From Gemmatimonadota bacterium (GTDB taxonomy: Bacteria; Gemmatimonadota; Gemmatimonadetes; JACCXV01; JAHWKZ01): a DNA stretch of 47,722 nt. Positions 1-10,884 of this stretch are shown here, in pieces. Numbering within the stretch: the stretch's first letter is position 1; every line of letters starts with the position of its first letter. A model generated the notes under the pieces. It was not told the DNA's origin and made no database searches. It worked only from the letters and a program-made list of their open reading frames with translations. Position numbers and translations under genes: made by a program. The stretch is from positions 1 to 47,722 of the forward strand of contig DATFFS010000253.1 of the NCBI GenBank assembly GCA_035249945.1. The letters run 5' to 3'.

Positions 1-1
1 T

Positions 2-1537
2 CGTCCGCGCCGCGCCACGGGAGCGACGCCGCGCGCGCGGCCCCGCCGGGAGGCGGGGACGGAGGCGGGGTGGCTCCCGCCGCTGTCTCTCCTCGAGGCG
101 CAGGGCAGCACCGACACCGGCCAGACCGCCGACGACCTGGACCGGCTGGGCCGCGTGCTGATCGAGAAGCTGCGCTCATTCAACGTCGAAGGGGAGATCG
201 CGGCGATCCATTCCGGCCCGGTCCTCAGCCAGTTCGAGGTCACGCCCGCGCCCGGCGTCAAGGTCAATCAGATCGCCAACCTCGCCGACGATCTCGCGCT
301 GGCGATGCGCGCCCAGCGGATCCGGATCGTGGCCCCGATCCCGGGCAAGGGCGCGGTCGGGATCGAGATCCCGAACCCGCGTGCGCGGGTCGTGGGGATG
401 CGCGAGATGCTGGAGAGCACGCTCTGGGGCGGATTCGGCGGCAAGGTCCCGCTGGCGCTCGGCCACGAGATCGCGGGGGCGCCCATCGTAGCCGACCTCA
501 CCCGCATGCCGCACCTTCTCATCGCGGGCGCTACCGGCTCCGGGAAGTCGGTCTGCATCAACGCGATCGTGACGAGCCTTCTCTATCGGTACGGCCCCGA
601 CGCGGTGCGCTTCATCATGATCGATCCGAAGATGCTGGAGCTCGTCGTCTACAACGGCATCCCGCACCTGCTCCATCCGGTCGTCGTCGAGCACAAGGAG
701 TCGGCGAAGGCGCTGAAGTGGACGGTGGCCGAGATGGAGCGCCGCTACCGCCTGCTGGCGGCCAACGGCATCCGCAGCGTGGCCGATTTCAACGCCCGCG
801 TGAAGGCCGGCGATCTGGCCGCGCCGGCGGGGGAAGAAGAGGAACGGCGCCCACTGCCCTACATCGTCGTGCTGATCGACGAGCTGGCCGACCTGATGCT
901 CACCGTCCAGCAGGAGATCGAGGAGCCGCTCGCGCGCCTGGCCCAGATGGCGCGCGCGGTGGGGATCCACCTGGTGCTGGCCACCCAACGGCCGTCGGTC
1001 AACGTGATCACCGGCGTCATCAAGGCGAACTTTCCCTCGCGGATCAGCTTCCAGGTCTCCTCCAAGATCGACAGCCGCACGGTGCTGGACATGAACGGGG
1101 CCGAGCAGTTGCTCGGCAACGGCGACATGCTGTTCCTGCCCGCCGATCGCGCCGAGCCGATCCGCATCCAGGGCGCGTACATCTCCAGCGAAGAGACGGC
1201 TCGCGTCGTGGACTGGCTGCGCGAGGCCGGACGCCGCCTGAACGCCGAGGAGATCGCTCCTCCCGTGGACATCATAGCGGAGGCCTCCGAGCTGGAGATC
1301 GCGGCCCTCGACGAGCGCGACGAGCTGTTCTTCGCCGCCGCGCGGGTGGTGGTCGACCACGACCAGGGGTCCACCAGTCTGCTGCAGCGCCGCCTGCGGG
1401 TGGGGTACTCGCGCGCCGCGCGGATCCTCGACCAGCTCGAGCGCGCGAACATCGTGGGACCTCCCGACGGGACCAAGCCGCGCGACGTGCTGATCACCGT
1501 CAACGACCTCGAGACGCTCGAGGCGAGCTCGCTGTGA
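2..1537 (+). CDS. ftsK: DNA translocase FtsK/SpoIIIE, C-terminal motor and gamma domains (5' end cut by window edge)
   Basis: The frame is open from the window edge. The translation shows the LPPLSLLE linker motif, Walker A GATGSGKS, a DELADLM Walker B region, and a C-terminal winged-helix gamma domain (STSLLQRRLRVGYSRAARILDQLE). Confidence 0.95.
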   Translation, partial: RPRRATGATPRARPRREAGTEAGWLPPLSLLEAQGSTDTGQTADDLDRLGRVLIEKLRSFNVEGEIAAIHSGPVLSQFEVTPAPGVKVNQIANLADDLALAMRAQRIRIVAPIPGKGAVGIEIPNPRARVVGMREMLESTLWGGFGGKVPLALGHEIAGAPIVADLTRMPHLLIAGATGSGKSVCINAIVTSLLYRYGPDAVRFIMIDPKMLELVVYNGIPHLLHPVVVEHKESAKALKWTVAEMERRYRLLAANGIRSVADFNARVKAGDLAAPAGEEEERRPLPYIVVLIDELADLMLTVQQEIEEPLARLAQMARAVGIHLVLATQRPSVNVITGVIKANFPSRISFQVSSKIDSRTVLDMNGAEQLLGNGDMLFLPADRAEPIRIQGAYISSEETARVVDWLREAGRRLNAEEIAPPVDIIAEASELEIAALDERDELFFAAARVVVDHDQGSTSLLQRRLRVGYSRAARILDQLERANIVGPPDGTKPRDVLITVNDLETLEASSL

Positions 1538-1553
1538 GAGCCGGGAGGCGCCG

Positions 1554-2534
1554 GTGAGGCGCGTGCTGGTGACGGGTGCCGCCGGGTTCATCGGGTCCTG
1601 GTTGACCGAGCGGCTGCTCGAGCGGGGCGACGAGGTCGTGGGTCTCGACAACTTCGATCCCTTCTACGACCGGGACATCAAGGAGCGGAACCTCGCGGCC
1701 GCGCACGGGAGCGCCGCCTTCCGGCTGGTGGAGGGCGATCTGCGGGAGAGAGCGGACGTGTTCGCGCTGCTCGCCGACGGTGCCTTCGACGCGGTCGCGC
1801 ACCTCGCCGCCAAGGCCGGCGTCCGGCCTTCGCTGGCCGATCCGGCGGGCTACTACGATACGAACCTGATCGGCACCGCGAATCTTCTCGAAGCGATGCG
1901 CGAGTCCGACTGCCGCCGACTGGTGTTCGCATCGTCGAGCTCGGTCTACGGGAACAACCGCAAGGTCCCGTTCCACGAGGACGATCGGGTGGACGCTCCG
2001 ATCTCGCCCTATGCGGCGACCAAGAAAGCCGGCGAGGAGCTATGTCACGTATACCACGCCGTGCACGGCTTCTCGATCCTCGCGCTGCGCTTCTTCACCG
2101 CGTACGGCCCGCGCCAGCGCCCCGAGATGGCGATCCACGCGTTCACCCGCCGGCTCTTCGCGGGCGAGCCCATCCCGGTCTTCGGCGACGGCTCCATGGA
2201 GCGCGACTTCACGTACATCGACGATGTCGTGGATGGAGTCGCGGCCGCCGTGGACCACGTCACCGGGAACGAGACGTTCGACGTCGTGAATCTCGGGGAA
2301 TCCGAGCCGATCCGCCTTTCTCGCCTGGTGGCGGCTCTGGAGGCGGCCACCGGCCATGAAGCCGTGATCGATCGCCGCGAAATTCCCCCCGGCGACGTCG
2401 AACGGACCTTTGCCGACGTCTCCCGCGCCCGCCGCCTGTTGCGATACGAGCCGCGCGTCGGGCTCGACGAAGGTCTGCGGAGGTTCGTGGAGTGGTATCG
2501 GCGAGAGTTGCTGGAGCAGCCCGACAGGAAATGA
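1554..2534 (+). CDS. NAD-dependent epimerase/dehydratase (SDR), UDP-glucuronate 4-epimerase-like
   Basis: GTG start 10 nt after a GGAGG. It has the Rossmann motif VTGAAGFIGS, the YAATK catalytic motif and an FFTAYGPRQRPEMA block typical of uronate 4-epimerase-type SDRs. Confidence 0.8.
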   Translation: MRRVLVTGAAGFIGSWLTERLLERGDEVVGLDNFDPFYDRDIKERNLAAAHGSAAFRLVEGDLRERADVFALLADGAFDAVAHLAAKAGVRPSLADPAGYYDTNLIGTANLLEAMRESDCRRLVFASSSSVYGNNRKVPFHEDDRVDAPISPYAATKKAGEELCHVYHAVHGFSILALRFFTAYGPRQRPEMAIHAFTRRLFAGEPIPVFGDGSMERDFTYIDDVVDGVAAAVDHVTGNETFDVVNLGESEPIRLSRLVAALEAATGHEAVIDRREIPPGDVERTFADVSRARRLLRYEPRVGLDEGLRRFVEWYRRELLEQPDRK

Positions 2535-2610
2535 CCGGGCCGAACGGCAGAGCCCGCCTGCACGAGCGTCCTGGCGTGCCAGAGAAACCCCGTCAACGAG
2601 AGGAAAGGCG

Positions 2611-3942
2611 ATGGTCGAGAACGCGGAGCGATTGAAACGGGCGATCGAGTCGAAAGAGGCGCGGATCGGCGTCATCGGCCTCGGGTACGTTGGTCTGCCG
2701 CTGGCGCTGGCCTTCACCGATCGCGGGTTTCGGGTGCTGGGCTTCGACGTGGATGCCCGCAAGATCGAGCAGCTCGATCGGGGGGCCTCCTACATCCCCC
2801 ACATGAACGCGCAGCGGATCCGCAACGCCGTCGAGTCGGGCCGTCTGGCGGCGACCGGTGACTTCGAGCGCCTGTCCGAGGTGGACGCGATCGTTATCTG
2901 CGTTCCCACGCCTCTCGACGTGCATCACGAGCCCGACATGACCTACATCGTGGCCACGACGGAGGAGGTGGCCCGGCGCCTCAGGCCGGGACAGCTCGTC
3001 GTGCTCGAGTCGACGACCTATCCCGGTACAACCGACGAGCTGATGCGCGAGCGGCTCGAGGAGGGCGGCCTGATCCTCGGCCAGGACTTCTTTCTGGCCT
3101 TCTCTCCCGAGCGGGAGGATCCCGGGAACCCGAAGTTCTCGACGACCACCATCCCCAAGGTCGTAGGCGGGGTGGACGAGGTCTCGGGAGATCTTGCGGA
3201 GGCGCTCTACCGCCAGGCGATCGGCGAGGTCGTGCGGGTCTCTTCGGCGCGCGCCGCCGAGGCAACCAAGCTGACCGAGAACATCTTCCGGGCCGTCAAC
3301 ATCGCTCTCGTGAACGAGCTCAAGGTGATCTACGAGCGGATGGGAATCGACGTCTGGGAGGTGCTCGACGCCGCCGAGACCAAGCCGTTCGGCTTCATGC
3401 GCTTCAACCCCGGACCCGGCTGGGGCGGCCACTGCATTCCCATCGACCCCTTCTATCTGACCTGGAAGGCGCGCGAGTTCGGCGCGTACACGCGTTTCAT
3501 CGAGCTGGCCGGCGAGATCAATACCCGGATGCCGGAGCACGTGGTGGAACGCGTGGCGGCCGCGCTCAACGAATCGGGGAAGCCCCTCAAGGACAGCCGC
3601 GTCCTCATCCTCGGCTTGTCGTACAAGCCCGACATCTCCGACGACCGCGAATCGCCCAGCTACCGACTGATGGACCTGCTGGACGAGCGCGGCGCCGAGG
3701 TCGCCTACCACGATCCTCACGTTCCCGTGATCCACCCCAGCCGGGAGCACGGACACTGGGCGGGACTCGAGTCTGTGCCGTGGGACCGGGAGACGATCGA
3801 GTCCCAGGACGCCGTGGTGATATCGACCGATCACTCCGCCGTCGACTACCCCCGGCTCGCCGAATGGGCGCGCCTCATCGTCGACACGCGGAACGCCATG
3901 GTGGGAATCGACGCGCCAACGGGCAAGGTGTGGAAGGCGTGA
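2611..3942 (+). CDS. Nucleotide-sugar dehydrogenase, UDP-N-acetyl-D-glucosamine (or mannosamine) 6-dehydrogenase family (TviB/WbpO/WecC-like)
   Basis: ATG at 2611 is preceded by GAGAGGAAAGG. N-terminal IGVIGLGYVGLPLALAF dinucleotide fold, a GGHCIPIDP catalytic Cys block and LGLSYKPD. The upstream part of the 2410 ORF overlaps the preceding gene and is not protein-like. Confidence 0.8.
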   Translation: MVENAERLKRAIESKEARIGVIGLGYVGLPLALAFTDRGFRVLGFDVDARKIEQLDRGASYIPHMNAQRIRNAVESGRLAATGDFERLSEVDAIVICVPTPLDVHHEPDMTYIVATTEEVARRLRPGQLVVLESTTYPGTTDELMRERLEEGGLILGQDFFLAFSPEREDPGNPKFSTTTIPKVVGGVDEVSGDLAEALYRQAIGEVVRVSSARAAEATKLTENIFRAVNIALVNELKVIYERMGIDVWEVLDAAETKPFGFMRFNPGPGWGGHCIPIDPFYLTWKAREFGAYTRFIELAGEINTRMPEHVVERVAAALNESGKPLKDSRVLILGLSYKPDISDDRESPSYRLMDLLDERGAEVAYHDPHVPVIHPSREHGHWAGLESVPWDRETIESQDAVVISTDHSAVDYPRLAEWARLIVDTRNAMVGIDAPTGKVWKA

Positions 3943-4994
3943 GCGCCACGACCTACGAGTCGGCGATGGAGGACCTGCGGAGCCGGCCCCGCCGCTGGCT
4001 GGTCACGGGAGCGGCGGGATTCATCGGCTCCGGCCTCGTGCTCGAGCTGCTCGCGAACGGGCAAACGGTGATCGGGCTCGACAACTTCGCCACCGGCAGG
4101 CGCGCCAACCTGGAAGACGTGCGCGCGCGCCTCGGGGAAGACGACTGGAAGCGGTTCGCCCTGCTCGAGGGTGACATCCGCAGCCTGGACGCGTGCCGGC
4201 GCGCGTGCTCCGAAGCGGAGCTCGTGCTCCATCAGGCGGCGCTCGGATCCGTGCCGCGGTCGATCGCCGATCCCGTCGCGAGCCACGAGAGCAACGTCAA
4301 CGGCACGCTGAACATGCTGCTCGCTGCACGAGACGCGGGAGCGGAGCGGTTCGTCTTCGCTTCGAGCAGCTCCGTATATGGTGACGAGCCCAACCTGCCG
4401 AAGCTCGAGGCGCGAACCGGGCGCCCCCTGTCTCCCTACGCCGTGACCAAGGCGACCGGCGAGCGGTATGTCGAGGTCTTCCGGCATACGTATGGACTTC
4501 CGGTCGTGAGCCTGCGGTACTTCAACGTGTTCGGGCCGCGACAGGATCCCGAGGGCCCCTATGCTGCGGTGATTCCGCGCTGGATCGCCGCGCTGCTGCA
4601 GGGGAGGCCGGTCCAGATCTTCGGAGACGGCGAAACCAGTCGCGACTTCTGCTACGTGGCCAATGCGATCCAGGCGAACGTCCTGGCGGCGACGACGCGG
4701 GAAGACGCCGCCCTCGGCGAGACGTTCAACGTGGCGGTGGGGGAGCGCGCCACGCTCAACGAGTTGTTCGCTCTCTTACGCGAGCGGCTGGCACGCCACT
4801 CTCCAGACATCGGGAACGCGCTGCCGGAGTACGGTGACTTCCGTCCCGGCGACGTCCGCCACTCGTTGGCGGACGTCTCGAAGGCGGCCCGGTTGCTGGG
4901 CTACCGACCCACCCACACATTGCGCGCGGGCCTGGACGAAGCGATGGACTGGTATATCGACTCGGCCTTTGACTTGACCGACGGAGGTCTCTAG
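3939..4994 (+). CDS. UDP-N-acetylglucosaminuronic acid / UDP-GlcNAc C4-epimerase (WbpP/TviC-like SDR)
   Basis: The GTG start overlaps the upstream stop (GTGA). Motifs VTGAAGFIGS, LDNFATGRRANL, HQAALGSVPRS, PLSPYAVTK, RYFNVFGPRQDP, AAVIPRW and GDGETSRDFCYV are the characteristic WbpP/TviC pattern. The start could instead be the ATG at 3966. Confidence 0.8.
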   Translation: MSATTYESAMEDLRSRPRRWLVTGAAGFIGSGLVLELLANGQTVIGLDNFATGRRANLEDVRARLGEDDWKRFALLEGDIRSLDACRRACSEAELVLHQAALGSVPRSIADPVASHESNVNGTLNMLLAARDAGAERFVFASSSSVYGDEPNLPKLEARTGRPLSPYAVTKATGERYVEVFRHTYGLPVVSLRYFNVFGPRQDPEGPYAAVIPRWIAALLQGRPVQIFGDGETSRDFCYVANAIQANVLAATTREDAALGETFNVAVGERATLNELFALLRERLARHSPDIGNALPEYGDFRPGDVRHSLADVSKAARLLGYRPTHTLRAGLDEAMDWYIDSAFDLTDGGL

Positions 4995-5050
4995 ACTGTT
5001 CGACCGGCAGAGCGAGCGCCGCGACTTATCAACCCCCGGGGGCGTCTGAT

Positions 5051-6313
5051 ATGTCAACTCCGATTCCGCTCGAGTCCCTGCTTCGCCAGAACCCCGCTCC
5101 ACCGCAAGCCCCGGGCTCCAACGGCCAGCCCCCCCTCAACGGCAACGGCAAGCACGCGGGCCACGCCGACCCGCATGCCAGCGGCGACGGGAACGGAGTT
5201 GCGGAGATCGACCTTCCGGTCGGCCCGCCGCTGAGGTTCGAAAAGCCCTCGGATCGGATCGATCGTACGAGCCCGCGTCATACCTGGGGGAAGAAAGCGC
5301 GCTTGCTGAAGGCGTTCCTGCTGGGGCGCCCCGTGTGGGTGACCTGGCAGGTGACCTACAACTGCAATTACGGGTGTTCGTTCTGCACGTACTGGAAGAA
5401 CGATTTCAAGCCGCACGAGGAGAATTCGCTCGAAGATTTCGCTGCCGGGACCCGGAAGTTGTCGGAGCTCGGCTCGTTGATCGTATCGTTGGCCGGCGGC
5501 GAGCCGATGCTGCGCCGGGATATTCACCAGATCGTCGACATCATCGCGCGGGACCACTTTCCGTACCTGACCACTTCGGGATCAGGCATGACGACAAAGC
5601 GCGCGCGCCAGCTCTGGGAGGCTGGGCTGTGGGGCTGCTCCGTATCCATCGACTACGCGGATCCTGACAAGCACGCCGAGCATCGCGGCGTAAAGTTCGC
5701 GTTCGAACGAGCGGTGAAGGCGATCGAGCAGCTCATGGAAGCGCGCACCGATCTGTCGTATCAGCGGGTGCAGATCATCTCCGTGCTGACCGACGACAAC
5801 CTCGCCGAGATGCCGAAGCTCTGTGATCTGGCGCGACAGCTCGGCGTGTACTGGCAGGTGCAACCCTATTCGGTGATGAAGACCGGGAACGAGCGGCAGC
5901 GGCATTTGAGGGGTGCGACCGAGGTCCTGCTCGACCTCAAGGCGCGGTACCCGGAGACCTTTCACACGAACCGGCTGTATCTCGAGCGCTTCGACGAGGC
6001 GGTGAACGACGGCATTACGGGTTGCATCGCGGGACGGGCCATGTTCAACATAGACAATCAGATGGTGGTCTCCAAATGCGTCGAGTTCAATCAGACGGAG
6101 CCCTGCGGGAACCTGGGCAGCGAGTCGATGGAGACGGTGCTGGGGCGGCTGCACGAGGCCCACGCGCGGAACACGTGCACGGCCTGCTGGTACTCCTGTC
6201 GAGGAGAGGTGGAGGTCCTGTATGAGCCGCGCGGATTCCTGAACAGCATGCACAGCTTCCTATGGCAAAGTCGGCGCCAACCCGGCGTCAACGGCGCAAC
6301 GAAGGGGGATTGA
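5051..6313 (+). CDS. Radical SAM protein with a Cys-rich C-terminal (SPASM/twitch-like) region and a low-complexity N-terminus
   Basis: CX3CX2C motif (YNCNYGCSFCTYW), a GGEPMLRRD SAM-binding block, and C-terminal cysteines (GCIAGR, SKCVEF, EPCGN, CTACWYSCRGE). The first ~85 aa are P/G/N-rich. Confidence 0.85.
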   Translation: MSTPIPLESLLRQNPAPPQAPGSNGQPPLNGNGKHAGHADPHASGDGNGVAEIDLPVGPPLRFEKPSDRIDRTSPRHTWGKKARLLKAFLLGRPVWVTWQVTYNCNYGCSFCTYWKNDFKPHEENSLEDFAAGTRKLSELGSLIVSLAGGEPMLRRDIHQIVDIIARDHFPYLTTSGSGMTTKRARQLWEAGLWGCSVSIDYADPDKHAEHRGVKFAFERAVKAIEQLMEARTDLSYQRVQIISVLTDDNLAEMPKLCDLARQLGVYWQVQPYSVMKTGNERQRHLRGATEVLLDLKARYPETFHTNRLYLERFDEAVNDGITGCIAGRAMFNIDNQMVVSKCVEFNQTEPCGNLGSESMETVLGRLHEAHARNTCTACWYSCRGEVEVLYEPRGFLNSMHSFLWQSRRQPGVNGATKGD

Positions 6314-6374
6314 CCACGTCGATGTTCGGCATGTAGGATTCGGTTGACCTGATCAAAGTGGGGAGGGGGTTCTC

Positions 6375-8540
<2,166 letters not shown>

Positions 8541-8543
8541 GTC

Positions 8544-8662
8544 GGTCGATGAAAACGGGCCATCTGCGGCGTTGCGCTCCTCGTTCTGCCTGCTGCGTGG
8601 GAATCACCACGCCTCGGAAGAGCCTCGTCGCGCGCCTTGCATCTGACCCGTTTTGATCGACC
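8544..8662. repeat. Long-range inverted repeat (16-nt arms, 15/16 complementary) enclosing 87 nt in a convergent intergenic region
   Basis: GGTCGATGAAAACGGG at 8544-8559 pairs with CCCGTTTTGATCGACC at 8647-8662, with one G-G mismatch. Confidence 0.5.
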
Positions 8663-8704
8663 TCGGGTAATGCGGGGTTAGATCGATCTGTTCTCGTCGA
8701 TCTG

Positions 8705-9301
8705 CTATCTATAGAACGGGTTGACTCCGGCGGCGTGATCCGTCGTATCCACCACCCGCAGGATCTCCGGCAGGACCTCTTTCAGGCGCGTCTCGATCCC
8801 CTGCTTGAGGGTGACGTCGACGAGGCCGCACCCATGGCATCCCCCTCCGAAGCTCAGATAGACCACTCCCTCCTCGACTCCCGCCAGCTCGACGCGGCCG
8901 CCGTGCGCAGCGACCGCGGGATTGATCTCGGTATCCAGCAGTAAGCGGATCTTCTCGGCGGTCGTTCCCGTAAGATCGGTTCGGGCGCCGGAAGGGATCG
9001 CCGGCGAAGGGGCCGGGTTGGGGTTTTCGAACCGGAAACCGCTCTCGAGCAGGGTCTCCCGGTGATCCAGGCGCGCACCCCGGAGCCACCCGGCGCTCTC
9101 GCCGTCCAGCACGATCCGGAACCCATCTTCGTCCAGAATGAAGTCGTCCTCACGTACCTCGCCACTCGAGACCGCAGCGAGCCGGTACTCGAACCCGCCC
9201 TTCCCGGGACGTGCCTCGATGCGCAAATGATCCCGCGGCGGGGTCGCGCGTTCGAGCGCGGCCCGGATCTTCTCGCGCGCGGCGGGGGTGAGCTCCAGCA
9301 C
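8705..9301 (-). CDS. nfuA: Fe-S cluster carrier, NfuA-type (degenerate IscA-like N-domain plus Nfu C-domain)
   Basis: The C-terminal Nfu domain has GGGCHGCG (CxxC) preceded by INPAVAAHGGRVEL. The N-terminal half is HesB/IscA-like but lacks the cysteines. Confidence 0.85.
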   Translation of the reverse strand: MLELTPAAREKIRAALERATPPRDHLRIEARPGKGGFEYRLAAVSSGEVREDDFILDEDGFRIVLDGESAGWLRGARLDHRETLLESGFRFENPNPAPSPAIPSGARTDLTGTTAEKIRLLLDTEINPAVAAHGGRVELAGVEEGVVYLSFGGGCHGCGLVDVTLKQGIETRLKEVLPEILRVVDTTDHAAGVNPFYR

Positions 9302-9387
9302 GACGACCTCCTCGTGGGCCGATTGTAGCGGGGTGCGAAGCGGGCTGCAAACAGCCCCGTGGGCCGGGCTGGCCGGGTCGGGGCTGC

Positions 9388-9416
9388 TTGATGAAGTCGC
9401 TGAGCGGTAATAACTT
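9388..9416 (+). promoter_or_regulatory. Candidate sigma70-type promoter (TTGATG - 17 nt - TAACTT) ending 9 nt before the hldE ATG
   Basis: Hexamers read directly from the sequence. There is no Shine-Dalgarno motif between the -10 and the ATG at 9426, which suggests a near-leaderless transcript. Confidence 0.3.
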
Positions 9417-9425
9417 AAACCACTT

Positions 9426-10880
9426 ATGCCCGATTCGGGTCCCGGCCTCGCGCTCGGCGACGCGCTTCGCCGCTTCCGGCCGAGCCGCGTCCTGGTCTAC
9501 GGCGACACGATCCTCGACGACTATCTGTTCGGGCGCGCGGATCGGCTGTCTCCCGAGAAGCCAGTGCCGGTCGTCGCGTACGAGCGTCGCGACCTGTACC
9601 TGGGGGGTGCCGGCAACGTCGTGCGAAACCTCCAGGCGCTCGGCTGCGAGCCGATCCTGGTCACGGTGGTGGGAGAGGGAGACGCGGGCAACGAGTGCAG
9701 GGCGCAGCTGGCCGCGGCAGGCCTCCCACTGGACGGCCTGATCGAGGCCAAGGGCTGGTCCACGCCGCGCAAGTTGCGCGTCCACGCGGGTCAACACGCG
9801 CTGGTGCGTATCGACTTCGAGAGCCCGCGCCCCGCGGATCGCGGGGTGGAGGCAGCGCTCGAGGACGTGCTGGCCAGGCTCTCTCCGGGCTGCCAGGGGG
9901 CGATCGTGAGCGATTACCGGAAGGGTGCGGTTACGGCTGCGGGTGTCGATCGGCTGAAGCGGGCGCTGGGCGACGCTCCCGTGATCGTGGATCCCAAGGG
10001 CATCCACGCCGCGACCTATCGCGCCGCCGACTATCTGCTGCCGAACGAGCGCGAGCTGGCCGACCTGCTGGGAGGAGAATGGGACGATCCAGGAGCCGAG
10101 CGACTGCTCGAGCACCTGGGCCTCGCGGCGATCGTGTTGACGCGATCGGAACGGGGCGTGCGGCTGTTCGGGCGCGGCGCGCCCTCCGACATTCCGGCCC
10201 GCGCCCGTCAGGTGTACGACGTGACCGGCGCGGGCGATACGTTCGCGGCCGCCTTCGCGGCGTTCCTCCTCTCCGGCGAGGACGTGATGCTGGCCGCCAG
10301 GCTGGCCAACGCCGCGGCGGGGATCAAGGTGCGCAAGGTGGGCACCGCGACCGTCTCCAGAGGCGAGATCCTGGAAGAGGTGGAGCGCGGATCGGCAGGG
10401 CAGTTCAAGCGGGTCGACGCGGCCAGCGCGGCAGCCGCCGCAGCCGAGCGACGCCGGCGCGGCGAGACGGTCGTGTTCACAAACGGCTGCTTCGATCTAT
10501 TGCACGCCGGTCACATCAAGTATCTGGAGGCCTCGCGCGCGCTGGGCGATTGCCTGATCGTCGGACTCAACAGCGACGCCTCGGTAGCACGCCTCAAGGG
10601 CCCGGATCGGCCGATCCTCGACGAGACGGAGCGCTCCGAGATCCTCTCCGCCCTGGGCTGCGTCGACTATGTGGTCCTCTTCGACGAAGACACGCCCCTG
10701 TCGCTGATCGAGGCGATCCGCCCCGACGTGCTGACGAAGGGGGCCGACTACACGAGGGAAGCGGTCGTTGGCGGCGATCTCGTCGAGGAGTACGGCGGAA
10801 TCGTGGCCCGGATCGACCTGGTAGCCGGAAAATCGACTACCGGCATCATCGAGCGGATAACCGAAAGCAGAGAGGACTGA
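9426..10880 (+). CDS. hldE: Bifunctional D-beta-D-heptose 7-phosphate kinase / D-beta-D-heptose 1-phosphate adenylyltransferase
   Basis: N-terminal PfkB-type sugar kinase (DVTGAGDTF) fused to a cytidylyltransferase domain (VVFTNGCFDLLHAGHIKYL). Confidence 0.9.
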   Translation: MPDSGPGLALGDALRRFRPSRVLVYGDTILDDYLFGRADRLSPEKPVPVVAYERRDLYLGGAGNVVRNLQALGCEPILVTVVGEGDAGNECRAQLAAAGLPLDGLIEAKGWSTPRKLRVHAGQHALVRIDFESPRPADRGVEAALEDVLARLSPGCQGAIVSDYRKGAVTAAGVDRLKRALGDAPVIVDPKGIHAATYRAADYLLPNERELADLLGGEWDDPGAERLLEHLGLAAIVLTRSERGVRLFGRGAPSDIPARARQVYDVTGAGDTFAAAFAAFLLSGEDVMLAARLANAAAGIKVRKVGTATVSRGEILEEVERGSAGQFKRVDAASAAAAAAERRRRGETVVFTNGCFDLLHAGHIKYLEASRALGDCLIVGLNSDASVARLKGPDRPILDETERSEILSALGCVDYVVLFDEDTPLSLIEAIRPDVLTKGADYTREAVVGGDLVEEYGGIVARIDLVAGKSTTGIIERITESRED

Positions 10881-10884
10881 GTCC

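Noticed and set aside
70-1651. Long alternative-frame and antisense ORFs over ftsK (70-1557 +, 176-1651 -).
   Set aside because: Their translations are Arg/Gly/Pro-rich with no motifs, while the frame-2 product is a textbook FtsK. The same reasoning applies to similar shadow ORFs over ugd (10846-12246 -, 10935-12203 +), secA (21486-23579 +, 21613-23163 -), relA (28043-29371 -), uvrB (31317-32750 -) and folC/hisS.
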